Shown here one piece after another: positions 1 through 9,757 of a stretch of 64,000 bases of DNA (its first letter is position 1; every line of letters begins with the position of its first letter). A program made the position numbers and the translations under genes. The notes under the pieces were generated by a model. That model ran no database searches. It saw nothing but the letters and a program-made list of their open reading frames with translations, and was not told the origin of the DNA. Origin of the DNA: Alphaproteobacteria bacterium (GTDB lineage: Bacteria > Pseudomonadota > Alphaproteobacteria > UBA828); contig CBDCQT010000007.1 in assembly GCA_965220745.1 (NCBI GenBank), positions 128,001 through 192,000 on the forward strand, read 5' to 3'.

Positions 1-1
1 C

Positions 2-880
2 GAAGTGAGCCCTTACCAGCGTTTCTATTGCGACGGTTCCATAAAACTCGGAAAACGCCGGTTCCGCTGCTGGCGGCGCTATGGCCACGGGCACGTCGCC
101 ATGGTGCAGGGCCTCATGGAATCCTGCGATGTCTACTTCTACGAGGTGGCAAAGCGCGTCGGCATAGACCGGATCGCGGCGATGTCGGAGCGCTTCGGCT
201 TCGGCAGGAAGCTCGACATCGAACTGCCGGGGGAGAAGCCAGGCCTGGTGCCGACGCGCGAGTGGAAACTTGCCATGATTGGCGAGCCTTGGCAGGGCGG
301 CGAGACGCTGGTCGTTGGTATCGGCCAGGGCTATCTCCTCACGACGCCGCTTCAGCTCGCGGTGATGGTCGCGCGTATCGCCAACGGCGGCATCGCGGTG
401 GAGCCTCGGCTCCTGGCGGAGGTCATCCGAGACGGACAGCCGGTGCCGCGGGAGAGCGAGACGTTCGACCCAATGGGGCTTTCGCCTGCCCATTTGGACA
501 TCGTCCGCAAGGGCATGAATTTTGTCGTGAACGAGCCCAAGGGCACCGCCTATCGCGCGCGTATCGAAGAGCCCGCGTTGGCCATGGCCGGCAAGACCGG
601 GAGCGTGCAGGTGCGGCGGATCTCCGAACGCGAGCACCGCGCTGGGGTGATAAAGAACGAAGACCGCCCGTGGAAGGAGCGCGACCACGCGCTCTTCGTT
701 GCCTACGCGCCGTTGGAGCGGCCGCGCTACTGCGTTGCGGTCGTGGTCGAGCATGGCGGCAGCGGCGGCACCGTGGCGGCCCCCATCGCCCGCGACATTC
801 TGCGTGAGGTTCAGCGCCGCGACCCCTCGGGCCGCGCCCGCAACCTCGAGGCGCTGATCCGCCCGCACGAGACCGCCTGA
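2..880 (+). CDS. mrdA: Penicillin-binding protein 2 (C-terminal part; gene starts before the window)
   Basis: Transpeptidase motifs SCD(VYFY), GIGQG, KTGS and DHALF; directly upstream of rodA. Confidence 0.93.
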   Translation, partial: EVSPYQRFYCDGSIKLGKRRFRCWRRYGHGHVAMVQGLMESCDVYFYEVAKRVGIDRIAAMSERFGFGRKLDIELPGEKPGLVPTREWKLAMIGEPWQGGETLVVGIGQGYLLTTPLQLAVMVARIANGGIAVEPRLLAEVIRDGQPVPRESETFDPMGLSPAHLDIVRKGMNFVVNEPKGTAYRARIEEPALAMAGKTGSVQVRRISEREHRAGVIKNEDRPWKERDHALFVAYAPLERPRYCVAVVVEHGGSGGTVAAPIARDILREVQRRDPSGRARNLEALIRPHETA

Positions 881-2028
881 TGGCGCAGTTCGAAGTCAGC
901 AGCCGTCAGGGCTTCGGGGTCGCCGAACGGCTGCTTCGGCTCGACTGGTTCCTGGTCGTTCTCGTCTGCACCGTTGGCGCGGTCGGCATCGGAATGCTGA
1001 TTTCCGCCTCCGGCGGCGCCACCGAGCCTTGGGCGTCTCGCCAGATGGTCTGGTTCGGCGCGGGTCTCCTGCTGATGCTCGGCGTGTCGCTCATCGATAT
1101 CGGCTTCTGGCTGCGCGCCGCGTACACGATCTACGTCCTCGCCTTCGCCCTGCTGGTGGGTGTGGAGCTGCTCGGCGCTGCGGGGAAGGGGGCGCAGCGC
1201 TGGATCGACCTGGGGGTGATCCAGTTACAGCCTTCGGAGCTCATGAAGATCGCGCTGATCCTGGCGCTCGCGCGCTACTTCCACGGTGTCCCGCTCGAGG
1301 GGATCGGCCGCATCCGCACCTATCTCCCGCCGCTGCTCATGATTCTTGCGCCCGCCGCGCTGATCCTGCGCCAGCCCGATCTGGGGACAGCGATACTGCT
1401 CGCGCTCGGCGGCGCGATCATGCTGTTCCTGGCCGGGCTCAAGGCGTGGAAGATCGGCGTCGCCGTCGTGCTCGCGCTCGGCTCCGGGCCGGTTGTCTGG
1501 CAGTTCCTGCACGAATATCAGAGGGCGCGCATTCTCACGTTCTTCAACCCCGAAGCGGATCCGCTCGGCGCTGGCTACCATATCCTGCAGTCGAAGATCG
1601 CGCTCGGCTCCGGCGGCCTGTTCGGCAAGGGGTACCTCCAGGGAACGCAAAGCCACCTCAACTTCCTGCCGGAGAAGCAGACCGACTTTATCTTCACGAT
1701 GATGGCGGAGGAGCTGGGCTTCTTCGGGGTCGCCGGCGTGCTCCTGCTGTACCTGGGAATTGCCACCTACGGCGTGGTGATCTCGGCCCGCAGCAACAAC
1801 CACTTCGGCCGCCTGCTGGGCATGGGGATCACGGTCACGTTCTTCTTCCACGTCTTCTTCAATGTCGCGATGGTGATCGGCCTGATCCCCATCGTGGGCC
1901 TGCCGCTGCCCCTGATCTCCTACGGCGGCAGCGCAATGCTGAGCCTGATGCTGGGTCTCGGACTGTTGCTTTGCGTCGGCGTTCACCGCGACGTCATCAT
2001 CACACGCCGCCCCGGCTCAGCCGGGTGA
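880..2028 (+). CDS. rodA: Rod shape-determining SEDS protein RodA
   Basis: Multi-TM protein with GAQRWIDLG, QPSELMK, QPDLGT, LPEKQTDFIF and LPLISYGGS; follows mrdA. Confidence 0.95.
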   Translation: MAQFEVSSRQGFGVAERLLRLDWFLVVLVCTVGAVGIGMLISASGGATEPWASRQMVWFGAGLLLMLGVSLIDIGFWLRAAYTIYVLAFALLVGVELLGAAGKGAQRWIDLGVIQLQPSELMKIALILALARYFHGVPLEGIGRIRTYLPPLLMILAPAALILRQPDLGTAILLALGGAIMLFLAGLKAWKIGVAVVLALGSGPVVWQFLHEYQRARILTFFNPEADPLGAGYHILQSKIALGSGGLFGKGYLQGTQSHLNFLPEKQTDFIFTMMAEELGFFGVAGVLLLYLGIATYGVVISARSNNHFGRLLGMGITVTFFFHVFFNVAMVIGLIPIVGLPLPLISYGGSAMLSLMLGLGLLLCVGVHRDVIITRRPGSAG

Positions 2029-2045
2029 AGGACTGGATCGAAGGC

Positions 2046-2846
2046 TCAAACGATCGTCGCTTCCGCCGCGCCCAGCCCCTCGATCTCGTAGACGAAGCGA
2101 TCGCCTGCTGCCGGGAACTGCGTGGCGAGCGTACTCCCGGTCATCACGATCATGCCGGCCTCCAGTGTCGTCTCGCGGGAGGCAAGCTGGTTGGCGAGCC
2201 AGACCAGCGAGTTCAGCGGGTTGCCCATGGCGGCACCCGTGGCCGCTGCAACCGGCGGGGCGTCGCCGACCTTGAGTGAGACCGGCGTGTCGGCAAGATC
2301 GAGCGAGCGCCAATCGGTTCGGGGCGACCCCAGAACCACACCGGCGCACCAGGCGTTGTCCACGAGGATGGAGAGCGCATCGACGTCGTCGTGGTCGGCG
2401 TTGCGGTCCTCGATCAGCTCGAAGGCCGGCATGCAGGCGGCGACGCGGGCGCGCGCCTCCTCCAGCGTGAACGGCGCGTCGTCGGGCCGGAATTCCCTTC
2501 CGATCTCAACCGCAAGCTCGAACTCGATTCCGAGGTGGGTGTAGTCCGCGAGCGCGATCCGGGCGGGCGAGCGGTGCACCCCTTTCTCGAAGACCACACC
2601 GCTGATCGGCTGGTCGCTCCCGTACATGGTCTGGATGGCTTCGGAGGTGAGGCCCACCTTGTAGCCGGCGGTTGCGCCCCGCCCGGCCTCCGCGAATCGC
2701 CGGTTGAGCAGCTGCTGGACGCGATATCCTTCGTCCAGGGAAGCCGGTCGGTCAGCGCCCCCCAGGCGGCGGAACGGCCGGCCTTCGACGTTTTCGACGA
2801 AGAGCCGGTCCGCGAGCGCGGCCGCGCGATCGTGGCTCTCGGTCAC
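2046..2846 (-). CDS. Fumarylacetoacetate-hydrolase-family 2-keto-4-pentenoate hydratase-like protein
   Basis: GYKVGLTS, IEFELAV, FELIEDR, DNAWCAGVVLG, GNPLNSLVWLAN and MTGS motifs. Confidence 0.82.
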   Translation of the reverse strand: MTESHDRAAALADRLFVENVEGRPFRRLGGADRPASLDEGYRVQQLLNRRFAEAGRGATAGYKVGLTSEAIQTMYGSDQPISGVVFEKGVHRSPARIALADYTHLGIEFELAVEIGREFRPDDAPFTLEEARARVAACMPAFELIEDRNADHDDVDALSILVDNAWCAGVVLGSPRTDWRSLDLADTPVSLKVGDAPPVAAATGAAMGNPLNSLVWLANQLASRETTLEAGMIVMTGSTLATQFPAAGDRFVYEIEGLGAAEATIV

Positions 2847-2893
2847 ACCGAATTTCCCTTACGCAAGGGGCGTACCCACGATCGTGACCCGGC

Positions 2894-3829
2894 TCAGGCA
2901 GGCGGGACCAGGGTGAGCCAGCGGTGATCGTCGTTTGAGCGGCCGTTCACGATGTCGGAGAAACGCCGTTGGATGCGCCGCGTGACCGGGCCGATCCCGC
3001 CGGGGCCGATGGTGATGTGATCGACGGAGCGAATCGGCGTGACCTCCGCCGCAGTGCCAGAGAAGAACAGCTCGTCGGCGCAATAGAGCAGCTCGCGGGG
3101 CATCGGGCATTCGCGCACCGGCACGTCGAGATCGGCGGCGATCGTGAGCACCGCGTTCCGCGTGATGCCGGAGAGGTTGCTGCCGTCGATCGGCGGCGTC
3201 AGAAGGGCATCGTCCATGACCGCGAAGAGGTTCTGGCCGCTGCCCTCGCTGATCAGCCCGTCGTGCGTAAGCGCGATCGCCTCCACGAAGCCGTTGGCCA
3301 TTGCCTCCAACTTGATGAGCTGCGCGTTGTTGTAATGGCCGGTCGCCTTGGCCATGCCGGGGAAGGTGTTGGGTGCGGCGCGGCTCCAGGAGGAAACGCA
3401 GACGTCGACGCCCCGCTCCAAGGCCTCTTCACCGAGATAGGCGCCCCACTCCCAGGCCGGAATCCAGGTCTCGATGGGGCTGCCGATGCCGTCCATTCCG
3501 ATCGCGCCATAGCCGCGCATGATTACCGGCCGGATGTAACAGTGGCGGAGGTCGTTGCGCCGGATCAGGGCGAAGCAGGCCTCGGTCAGTTCCTCGTCGC
3601 TGTAGGCGGTCTCCATGCGGTAGATGCGTGCGGAATTGCGCAGCCGCTTCAGGTGCTCGGCCAAGCGGAAGATGGCGGGGCCGCCGGCGGTGTCGTAGCA
3701 GCGGATGCCCTCGAAGACCGAGGAGCCGAACTGAACGGCGGTGGCCAGGATATGGACCGTGGCGTCCTGCCAACGGACGAATTCCCCGTCGCGCCAGATC
3801 CACTCGGTCTCCTTGAATGTCGTGCTCAT
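2894..3829 (-). CDS. ilvE: Branched-chain amino acid aminotransferase (PLP class IV)
   Basis: SVFEGIRCY, YIRP, AKATGHY, EGSGQNLF, LSGITR and GTAAEVTPI. Confidence 0.9.
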   Translation of the reverse strand: MSTTFKETEWIWRDGEFVRWQDATVHILATAVQFGSSVFEGIRCYDTAGGPAIFRLAEHLKRLRNSARIYRMETAYSDEELTEACFALIRRNDLRHCYIRPVIMRGYGAIGMDGIGSPIETWIPAWEWGAYLGEEALERGVDVCVSSWSRAAPNTFPGMAKATGHYNNAQLIKLEAMANGFVEAIALTHDGLISEGSGQNLFAVMDDALLTPPIDGSNLSGITRNAVLTIAADLDVPVRECPMPRELLYCADELFFSGTAAEVTPIRSVDHITIGPGGIGPVTRRIQRRFSDIVNGRSNDDHRWLTLVPPA

Positions 3830-4074
3830 CGTCTCTCCGGCGGGCTCGAGTTCATGCGGGCGGCGATGTTAGCCCGCATTTCTCGCCACAAACAGATTTC
3901 GAGGTGGGGACGTACCAATTCTTTGCATATCAATAGGTTAAAAGCGCGCTAGAGTGTGAGTGCGACACCAAATTCACACGAATATTCACTAAATGAGCAC
4001 CAAGAAACAAACTCCATTCCAGACCTCCAATCCCGGAATCTGTCCGGTCAAGCCGTGATGGACGGGCGTGGTGT

Positions 4075-4232
4075 CTTCGGTTGAGAGTTCGCTTCCAGTC
4101 TTTTCTGAGGGGCCGGAGCCAGATGTCTTTCTTCGGCTGGTCCCGCTTGGTGTGCCTGTCGTAGCGCCCGCGGCTCTGAGTGGTTCCGACGTGGCTCCAG
4201 CCTGACGCCTTGTAGAGCGCGCCGGTGACCCG
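4075..4232 (-). pseudogene. C-terminal fragment of a DUF4338 (DruA-like, IS-associated) protein
   Basis: TGALYKASGWSHVGTTQSRGRYDRHTKRDQPKKDIWLRPLRKDWKRTLN resembles the DUF4338 C-terminus; no N-terminal part. Confidence 0.65.
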
Positions 4233-4282
4233 GACGAGGACGACACCGCGCGCTGGTCGGCCGGAAGCCTCGGGAGCCCCGC

Positions 4283-4390
4283 CATGCAGCGCACACGCGA
4301 CCATGAAGCGCGAGAAACTCATTCCCGCTTCTTGGGCGCGCCTGCCGATCAGCACCCTATCCGCCGCCGAGCAATAGATGGTGCGGGAAT
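4283..4390 (-). pseudogene. Ribbon-helix-helix / MobC-like DNA-binding protein fragment
   Basis: RTIYCSAADRVLIGRRAQEAGMSFSRFMVACAL fits an RHH pattern; joined in frame to the DUF4338 fragment. Confidence 0.45.
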
Positions 4391-4561
4391 TGTGCGTGCT
4401 GCTGAGGGAGGAAGCGGCTGCGCCGGCGCGGGATGAAGAGACGGCCCACGAGCCATCGGCCCCGCGCACGCGAGAGGAGGCCGGTCAGGCGGAGGGCTCC
4501 GATCCGGCGGAGCCGGACGAGCCTGGACCGGATCAGGGCCAACTGCCGTTCTGAGGGTCCT

Positions 4562-4668
4562 GCGGGACCGTGCCCACGTCGAGGCTCCCGCTGATCCGCA
4601 GGATGGCCGCATGGAGAGCGGCGATGCGCTCTCGCAAGGCCTTGTTCTCGCGCCGAAGGTCGTTGGAA
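4562..4668 (-). pseudogene. N-terminal coiled-coil remnant of a GAF-type sensor kinase
   Basis: Manual translation NDLRRENKALRERIAALHAAILRISGSLDVGTV resembles the helix preceding GAF domains; truncated. Confidence 0.35.
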
Positions 4669-4929
4669 AGCCGGAATGAAGGCGGCTCATTCGGTCTCGA
4701 AGTGAGCGTACTTGGCGGGCGAAGCCCCTATCCTTACTTGGCGCGAGCGTGCGACCCGACGATCACGTCTCAGCCGATGATGTTAGGAGGCTCGCGCTTT
4801 GCGCGGCATCCAGCAGGCAGGGCCGGGTGTTAATTCGCACACTATTTGAAGATGGATTTGCCAGATGGGAGATTTACCGTGGGCATTGGAAGGTTCGACG
4901 CTCATGGCAAAGATGCCGCAATCGGGCTC

Positions 4930-5075
4930 GGCGCTCGCCACCGCGACCCGGTGACGTAAATCATTCGAGGGACGTCGCGTCATGCAGGCTGGCCTCCTTC
5001 ACCAGCCCATATCTTGAATTGCAAACCCAACCGACTGAAATTTGTACGGATTCTCAGAGGCCGAAAAATACTCTA
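4930..5075 (-). mobile_element. IS630-family left end with the first codons of the transposase (remnant)
   Basis: Minus strand starts TAGAGTATTTTTCGG, then GATTC/ATTCAAG and GGAGGCCAGC-CTGC-ATG, then MTRRPSNDLRHRV (cf. IS630 MTRPLSNDLRERV). Confidence 0.6.
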
Positions 5076-5234
5076 GCATCACCTCACGTCGTGCTCCCTT
5101 AACGGAGTGGTCGAGGGTCGGAAGGCGACATGGCGCCGAACCAGAGCAGACGTTCGCGAGGGAAGGGTTTTCGGCCCACTGACGCACCGGAAGCGGCGCG
5201 GCAAGGCACCAGCGACGGCGGTCGTCGTACGACA

Positions 5235-6662
5235 ATGTCGGCGACCCGCATCCGTGAAGCGTTGCGCCGAGCCGCCCTCTATCGGCGAACCGGGCGGCTC
5301 GCCGATTCGCAGGCGCTCTATCGCGAGGTTCTCGCCGCACGCCCCGATCACAAGGATGCGTTGAAGGCCTGCGCCGTGGTCTCGCTCCAACTCGACGAGC
5401 CCGGACAGGCAGTCGCGCTGTTGCGGCGCGCCGTCGCGCTCGACAATCGCGATTCGGGCGCACACAACGATCTTGGCAACGCGCTCCAGGTAGCCGGTCA
5501 TATCGGCGGGGCGATCGCCGCATATCGCCGCGCGGTCGAGATCGATCCGGCCAAAGCGGAGACGCATTTCAACCTCGGTCACGCGCTGCGCGGGAAGGGT
5601 GATCTGGATGGCGCCGCTGCGGCCTATTGCCGTGCCGCCGAGCTTCGCCCCGATCATGCCGGTACCATGCTTCAGATCGGCCTGGTCGACCACGCGAAGG
5701 GAGACCTCGAGCGGGCCGAGCGCGCGTTCCACCGGGCGATCGCGATCGATCCCGAGAATGCGGAGGCGCACTTCGCCCTCGGGAACGCGCTTTACGCGAG
5801 TGGCAGTCTCAACAATGCTCTGAGAGCCTATCAGCGGGCGGCGGCGCTCAAGGTCGATGTTCTCGATGCCTCGTTCGAGGTGGGCAAGCCGCGCCATGTC
5901 CACGCGCATTTCGATCGGAAGGATCCGCGCGCTGCGCTTGAGGCCTGCGATGCGTTCTTGGCTCGCCGTCCGGGCCAAAGCGGTGCGCTCGCCATGAAGG
6001 CGGTCGCCCTATGGGAGCTGGGGGAGCACGCCGCGGCGCGAGAGCTGCTCGGCTTCGATAGCTTGATTCGGCGCGTGCGTTGCCCGCCGCCCGCCGGTTT
6101 TGCGGACATGAACGCGTTCAATGAGGCCTTGGCCGCCCATATCCGAAGCCATCCGACCTTGCAGGAGGCGCCCGAGAGCTACTCGATGGAGAGGGGCAAG
6201 AGCACGGGAGAGTTGTTCCCGGGCCGCGGGCCCGCGATCGCGACATTTCATAAGATGATCGAACGCGCGGTAGACGACTATCGAGAGGCGCTGCCGCGGG
6301 GCTCGGATCATCCGTTTATGGCCGATGTTCCGCGCCAAACCAGAACCACGGCGTGGGGGGTGATCCTCGATGCGGGCGCATATCAGGTTCCCCATATCCA
6401 TCCATCGGCTTGGCTGAGCGGGGTCTACTATGTGCATCTGCCCAGGGCCGTCGACGAGAACGATGCTGCCCATGCCGGGTGGATCGAGTTCGGGCGGCCC
6501 TATTGGGACTTCCAGATCCGAGCGGAGCCCGAGACCAGGCTTGTCAAACCCGAGGAAGGGCTGATGCTCCTGTTTCCATCCTATACGTTTCATCGCACGC
6601 TTCCGTTCAAAGGCGACGGGGAGCGTATCAGCATCGCCTTCGACGTGTTGCGCCCGGAGTGA
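5235..6662 (+). CDS. TPR-repeat protein fused to a C-terminal 2OG-Fe(II) oxygenase-like (TIGR02466-type) domain
   Basis: Several TPR units (AHNDLGNAL, THFNLGHAL, AHFALGNAL); C-terminal PHIHPSAWLSGVYY...LFPSYTFHRT...RISIAFD. Confidence 0.85.
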   Translation: MSATRIREALRRAALYRRTGRLADSQALYREVLAARPDHKDALKACAVVSLQLDEPGQAVALLRRAVALDNRDSGAHNDLGNALQVAGHIGGAIAAYRRAVEIDPAKAETHFNLGHALRGKGDLDGAAAAYCRAAELRPDHAGTMLQIGLVDHAKGDLERAERAFHRAIAIDPENAEAHFALGNALYASGSLNNALRAYQRAAALKVDVLDASFEVGKPRHVHAHFDRKDPRAALEACDAFLARRPGQSGALAMKAVALWELGEHAAARELLGFDSLIRRVRCPPPAGFADMNAFNEALAAHIRSHPTLQEAPESYSMERGKSTGELFPGRGPAIATFHKMIERAVDDYREALPRGSDHPFMADVPRQTRTTAWGVILDAGAYQVPHIHPSAWLSGVYYVHLPRAVDENDAAHAGWIEFGRPYWDFQIRAEPETRLVKPEEGLMLLFPSYTFHRTLPFKGDGERISIAFDVLRPE

Positions 6663-6673
6663 GCGCTCGCCGC

Positions 6674-7549
6674 TCAGCCCCGATCCAGCTTCGCGAACAG
6701 GAGCCAGAAGAAGCCGCCGAGGATCGGCAGTGTGACGGCCAGAATGATCGTCGACAGCGAGAAGATGATCGGCACTTGCGACTGGTGCGACGCTGTCATG
6801 GTCCAGTTGTAGATCGGCATCGTCGTCTCCGAGCCGCGCAGGAAGATCGAGCGCAGCAGCTCGTTGAAGGAGAGCAGAAAGCCGAAGATGCCGGCGCCGA
6901 CGATGCCGGGGCGCAGGATCGGGAACTCGATATCCCAGAAGCGGCGCCAGCCGGTGGCGCCCAAGTCCTGGGCGGCCTCCAGCAGGCGGTGGTCGAAGCG
7001 GGTCGCGATGATCAGCACGAGCAGGAGCGAGAACGGCAGCGACCACACCATGTGGCCGAGGAAGATCGACCAGAGCCCGAGCCGGAGGTCGAGGAAGGAG
7101 CGGACCGAGATGAAGAGCGCCGCACCCATGGTGAGCCCCGGCACGAAGAGGGGGATGAGCGCGATCAGGATTACCCCGCCCGGCTTGCGCATCCGGGGCA
7201 TGGCGCGGCCCACGGCGGTCGCCACGATCATGCAAACGATGCCGACCACCACGCCCATGGCGATGCTCTCGTAAAGCGGCTCCCCCCACTTGTTGAACGC
7301 GCCCATGAGCTCGTCGTAGTGCTCCATGGTGAGCGGGTAGGGGATGCCCGAGAGCGGCCGGCCGCTGAACGACATCACCGCCAGCCAGACCAGCGGGATG
7401 TACATCAGCAAGATGACAATCAGCCCGAGCCACTTGGCGATCGCGGTCCAGAGCCGCCACGCCGAAAGGCGCCGCCAGAAGAGCGCACCGCCGTGGCCGA
7501 TCTGGTCGTCGATGGTCGCCGCCATCCTGTGCTGCGTCCGCTCGCTCAT
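6674..7549 (-). CDS. ABC transporter permease (PotC-like)
   Basis: Hydrophobic helices, EAAQDLGA EAA motif, SFNE. Confidence 0.88.
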   Translation of the reverse strand: MSERTQHRMAATIDDQIGHGGALFWRRLSAWRLWTAIAKWLGLIVILLMYIPLVWLAVMSFSGRPLSGIPYPLTMEHYDELMGAFNKWGEPLYESIAMGVVVGIVCMIVATAVGRAMPRMRKPGGVILIALIPLFVPGLTMGAALFISVRSFLDLRLGLWSIFLGHMVWSLPFSLLLVLIIATRFDHRLLEAAQDLGATGWRRFWDIEFPILRPGIVGAGIFGFLLSFNELLRSIFLRGSETTMPIYNWTMTASHQSQVPIIFSLSTIILAVTLPILGGFFWLLFAKLDRG

Positions 7550-7553
7550 CGTC

Positions 7554-8474
7554 TCACCGCCTCAACGTCTGGAAGACGTCGCCGATGGAGCCGAGCCGCC
7601 GCGTCGCCAGGATCAGCAGCGTGAGCAGCAGCGCCAGCACGATGATGACGAAGACCGAGAGCGCGGCCGCGGTCGGGTACTTCAGATTCCGAATCGCGGC
7701 CTCCACCGATGGCCCAAGCAGGTTGACGAAGCCGCCGCCCAGCATCTCCGGCTCTACCCAGGTCGCCATGAGCGGCACCATGGTGAACACGGCGCCGGCG
7801 ACGATGCCCGGCAGCGAGAGCGGCAGGATGATGAAGAAGAGCGTGTGCAGCTTGCTCGCGCCGAGGTCGCGGCTCGCCTCCAGGTAGTGGTCGTCGATGA
7901 GGCTCACGACCAGGAAGATGGGGAACACCATCGTCGGGAAGTAGGGCGCGAGCATCCCGAAGTGGACCGCGAATTCCGAAAACAGCATCCATTCCATGGG
8001 CTCGCTGATGATGCCGAGCTCCATGAGGACCGTGTTGATGATGCCGTTCTTGCCCAGGATGGCGCGCCAGATGATCGTGCGCGAGGAGGGGTCGAGGAAG
8101 AACGGGATGGTGAGCAGCGTGATGATGATCGCCTTGGTCACCTTCGACTTGCAGGTCTTGGCGAGCCACAGCGCGAAGGGGAAGGCGATCAGGAACTCGA
8201 CCACCGTCATCACGAGCACGACGCGGAGCGTGCGGACCGCCGCGATCCAGCGGCCGGAATCGATCAGCGAGTTCCATGTCTTGAACGAGGCGTCGTAGGA
8301 CACCTGGTAGTTCTTCATCTCGAAGAACGAGTGGGCGACCATGACCAGCAACGGCAGGATGACGATGACCACCCACGCGGCGACGAATACCGGCACCACC
8401 CAGTTGCCCGAGAACATCCGGGTGTAGCCGGCGCGGAGATCGTCGAGGAAGCCGCTTCCCGCCGAGTCAGTCAT
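7554..8474 (-). CDS. ABC transporter permease (PotB-like)
   Basis: EASRDLGAS EAA motif, LPLSLPGIVAG, GIINTVL. Confidence 0.88.
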   Translation of the reverse strand: MTDSAGSGFLDDLRAGYTRMFSGNWVVPVFVAAWVVIVILPLLVMVAHSFFEMKNYQVSYDASFKTWNSLIDSGRWIAAVRTLRVVLVMTVVEFLIAFPFALWLAKTCKSKVTKAIIITLLTIPFFLDPSSRTIIWRAILGKNGIINTVLMELGIISEPMEWMLFSEFAVHFGMLAPYFPTMVFPIFLVVSLIDDHYLEASRDLGASKLHTLFFIILPLSLPGIVAGAVFTMVPLMATWVEPEMLGGGFVNLLGPSVEAAIRNLKYPTAAALSVFVIIVLALLLTLLILATRRLGSIGDVFQTLRR

Positions 8475-8485
8475 CGCTCGCCGAC

Positions 8486-8539
8486 AAAGAAAGAGCCCCG
8501 GCGCGCCGTGCGAAGGTGTTCGCGGGGCGCACCGGGGCT
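8486..8539 (-). terminator. Stem-loop with U-rich tail between the SBP and permease genes (terminator or mRNA stabiliser)
   Basis: AGCCCCGG(8494-8501)...CCGGGGCT(8532-8539) inverted repeat, followed on the minus strand by CUUUCUUU. Confidence 0.55.
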
Positions 8540-8563
8540 GTCGTCACATCGCGAATGGCGCGG

Positions 8564-9757
8564 TCAGGCGTTCAGGAACCGCTGCCACTCCTCTTCCATG
8601 ACATCGGAGTTCGGCGCCGCGGGCTTGCCGAAGAAGGGCTTCTCGAACTTCTTGTTGACCTTGACCTCGGTCCACTTGAGCTCGTCGATCTGCTCCTGCG
8701 GCCAGCCGTTGTCCTCCGCGTACTTGACGCCGAGGTCCATGTTGGGCCCGGCGTAGCCACGCTGGATCGCCTGGTAGGCACGGTACTCGCCGGTCATGTA
8801 GTAGTTGAGCACCTTGTAGATGTTGTCGACATTGTCGCGCTCGCCGGCCTTGGTGTGCATGTAGGCGCCGTGGCCCCACTTGTAATAGCCCTCGACCGTG
8901 AAGGCGTAGATCACCGTGCCGGGGCCGAGGATGTTGTTGGCCTCCTTGGTGGCCGGCTCCCAACAGTTGATCAGGTCGATCTCCTTGTTGCTGAGCAGCT
9001 GCACCTGCTCCTCGAAGGCTGCGTGGAGTGAGCGGAACTGCCCGGCACGCTTGCGGTCGGCCGCGAAGTCCGCGACCACGCGGGCCTCCTCGCCGGTCAT
9101 GTTGGCGACGTCTTCGATCTCGGCCCGGCCGTTCGCCTTGAGGTAGAGGCCGACCTCGGGGCTCGACAGCAGCCAGCTGCGGTCGAGCGAGACGCGGCCC
9201 TTGGTGTCCTCGTCCTCGAACATCTTGCTCCAGGGGATCTCGTCGAGACCCTCCGGGTTGGCGCCGATGGCCTCGGGGAAGTAGCCGAAGCTGTCCGCAT
9301 TTCCGATGACGGGCACGCCGTACTGGTTGCCGTCATAGTCCTGCAGCAGGTCGGTGCGCTTCCAATCGTCGGAGGTTCGCCCCCAGAGCTCGAGGTTCGG
9401 GTGATCCTCGATGACGGTAGCGTAGTAGCCTTGGGGACCCAGGATGTCCTCGGTCCCGCCGTCGAAGATGAAGATATCGTGAGTCTCGCCGAGATCGTTC
9501 GAGATCACGTCCCGCATGTAGGTGCCGATGTCGGCGTTGGTCCCGGTGAATTCCATCGTGATGCCGATGGCCTTCTCCATGATGGACCAGTCCTTGAGCT
9601 GCGACGTGGTGACGCCGTAGCCCTTGACCGTCGTGGACGCCGCCTGCGCCACGCGCGTCGTTGCCAGCGATCCAGCGGCCGCCAGAGTCGCGGCAGCCGC
9701 CGTGCCCTTAAGCACGTCGCGGCGCGATATGTCCGGAATACGCAACTTTTCGCTCAT
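8564..9757 (-). CDS. Tat-exported ABC substrate-binding protein (PotD/PotF-like family)
   Basis: SRRDVLKG twin-arginine signal and AQA cleavage site; GGAGG upstream of ATG 9757; upstream of two permeases. Confidence 0.82.
   Translation of the reverse strand: MSEKLRIPDISRRDVLKGTAAAATLAAAGSLATTRVAQAASTTVKGYGVTTSQLKDWSIMEKAIGITMEFTGTNADIGTYMRDVISNDLGETHDIFIFDGGTEDILGPQGYYATVIEDHPNLELWGRTSDDWKRTDLLQDYDGNQYGVPVIGNADSFGYFPEAIGANPEGLDEIPWSKMFEDEDTKGRVSLDRSWLLSSPEVGLYLKANGRAEIEDVANMTGEEARVVADFAADRKRAGQFRSLHAAFEEQVQLLSNKEIDLINCWEPATKEANNILGPGTVIYAFTVEGYYKWGHGAYMHTKAGERDNVDNIYKVLNYYMTGEYRAYQAIQRGYAGPNMDLGVKYAEDNGWPQEQIDELKWTEVKVNKKFEKPFFGKPAAPNSDVMEEEWQRFLNA

Noticed and set aside
4075-4232. Druantia anti-phage system
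   Set aside because: Only a ~50-aa DUF4338 tail; no DruE helicase or other partners
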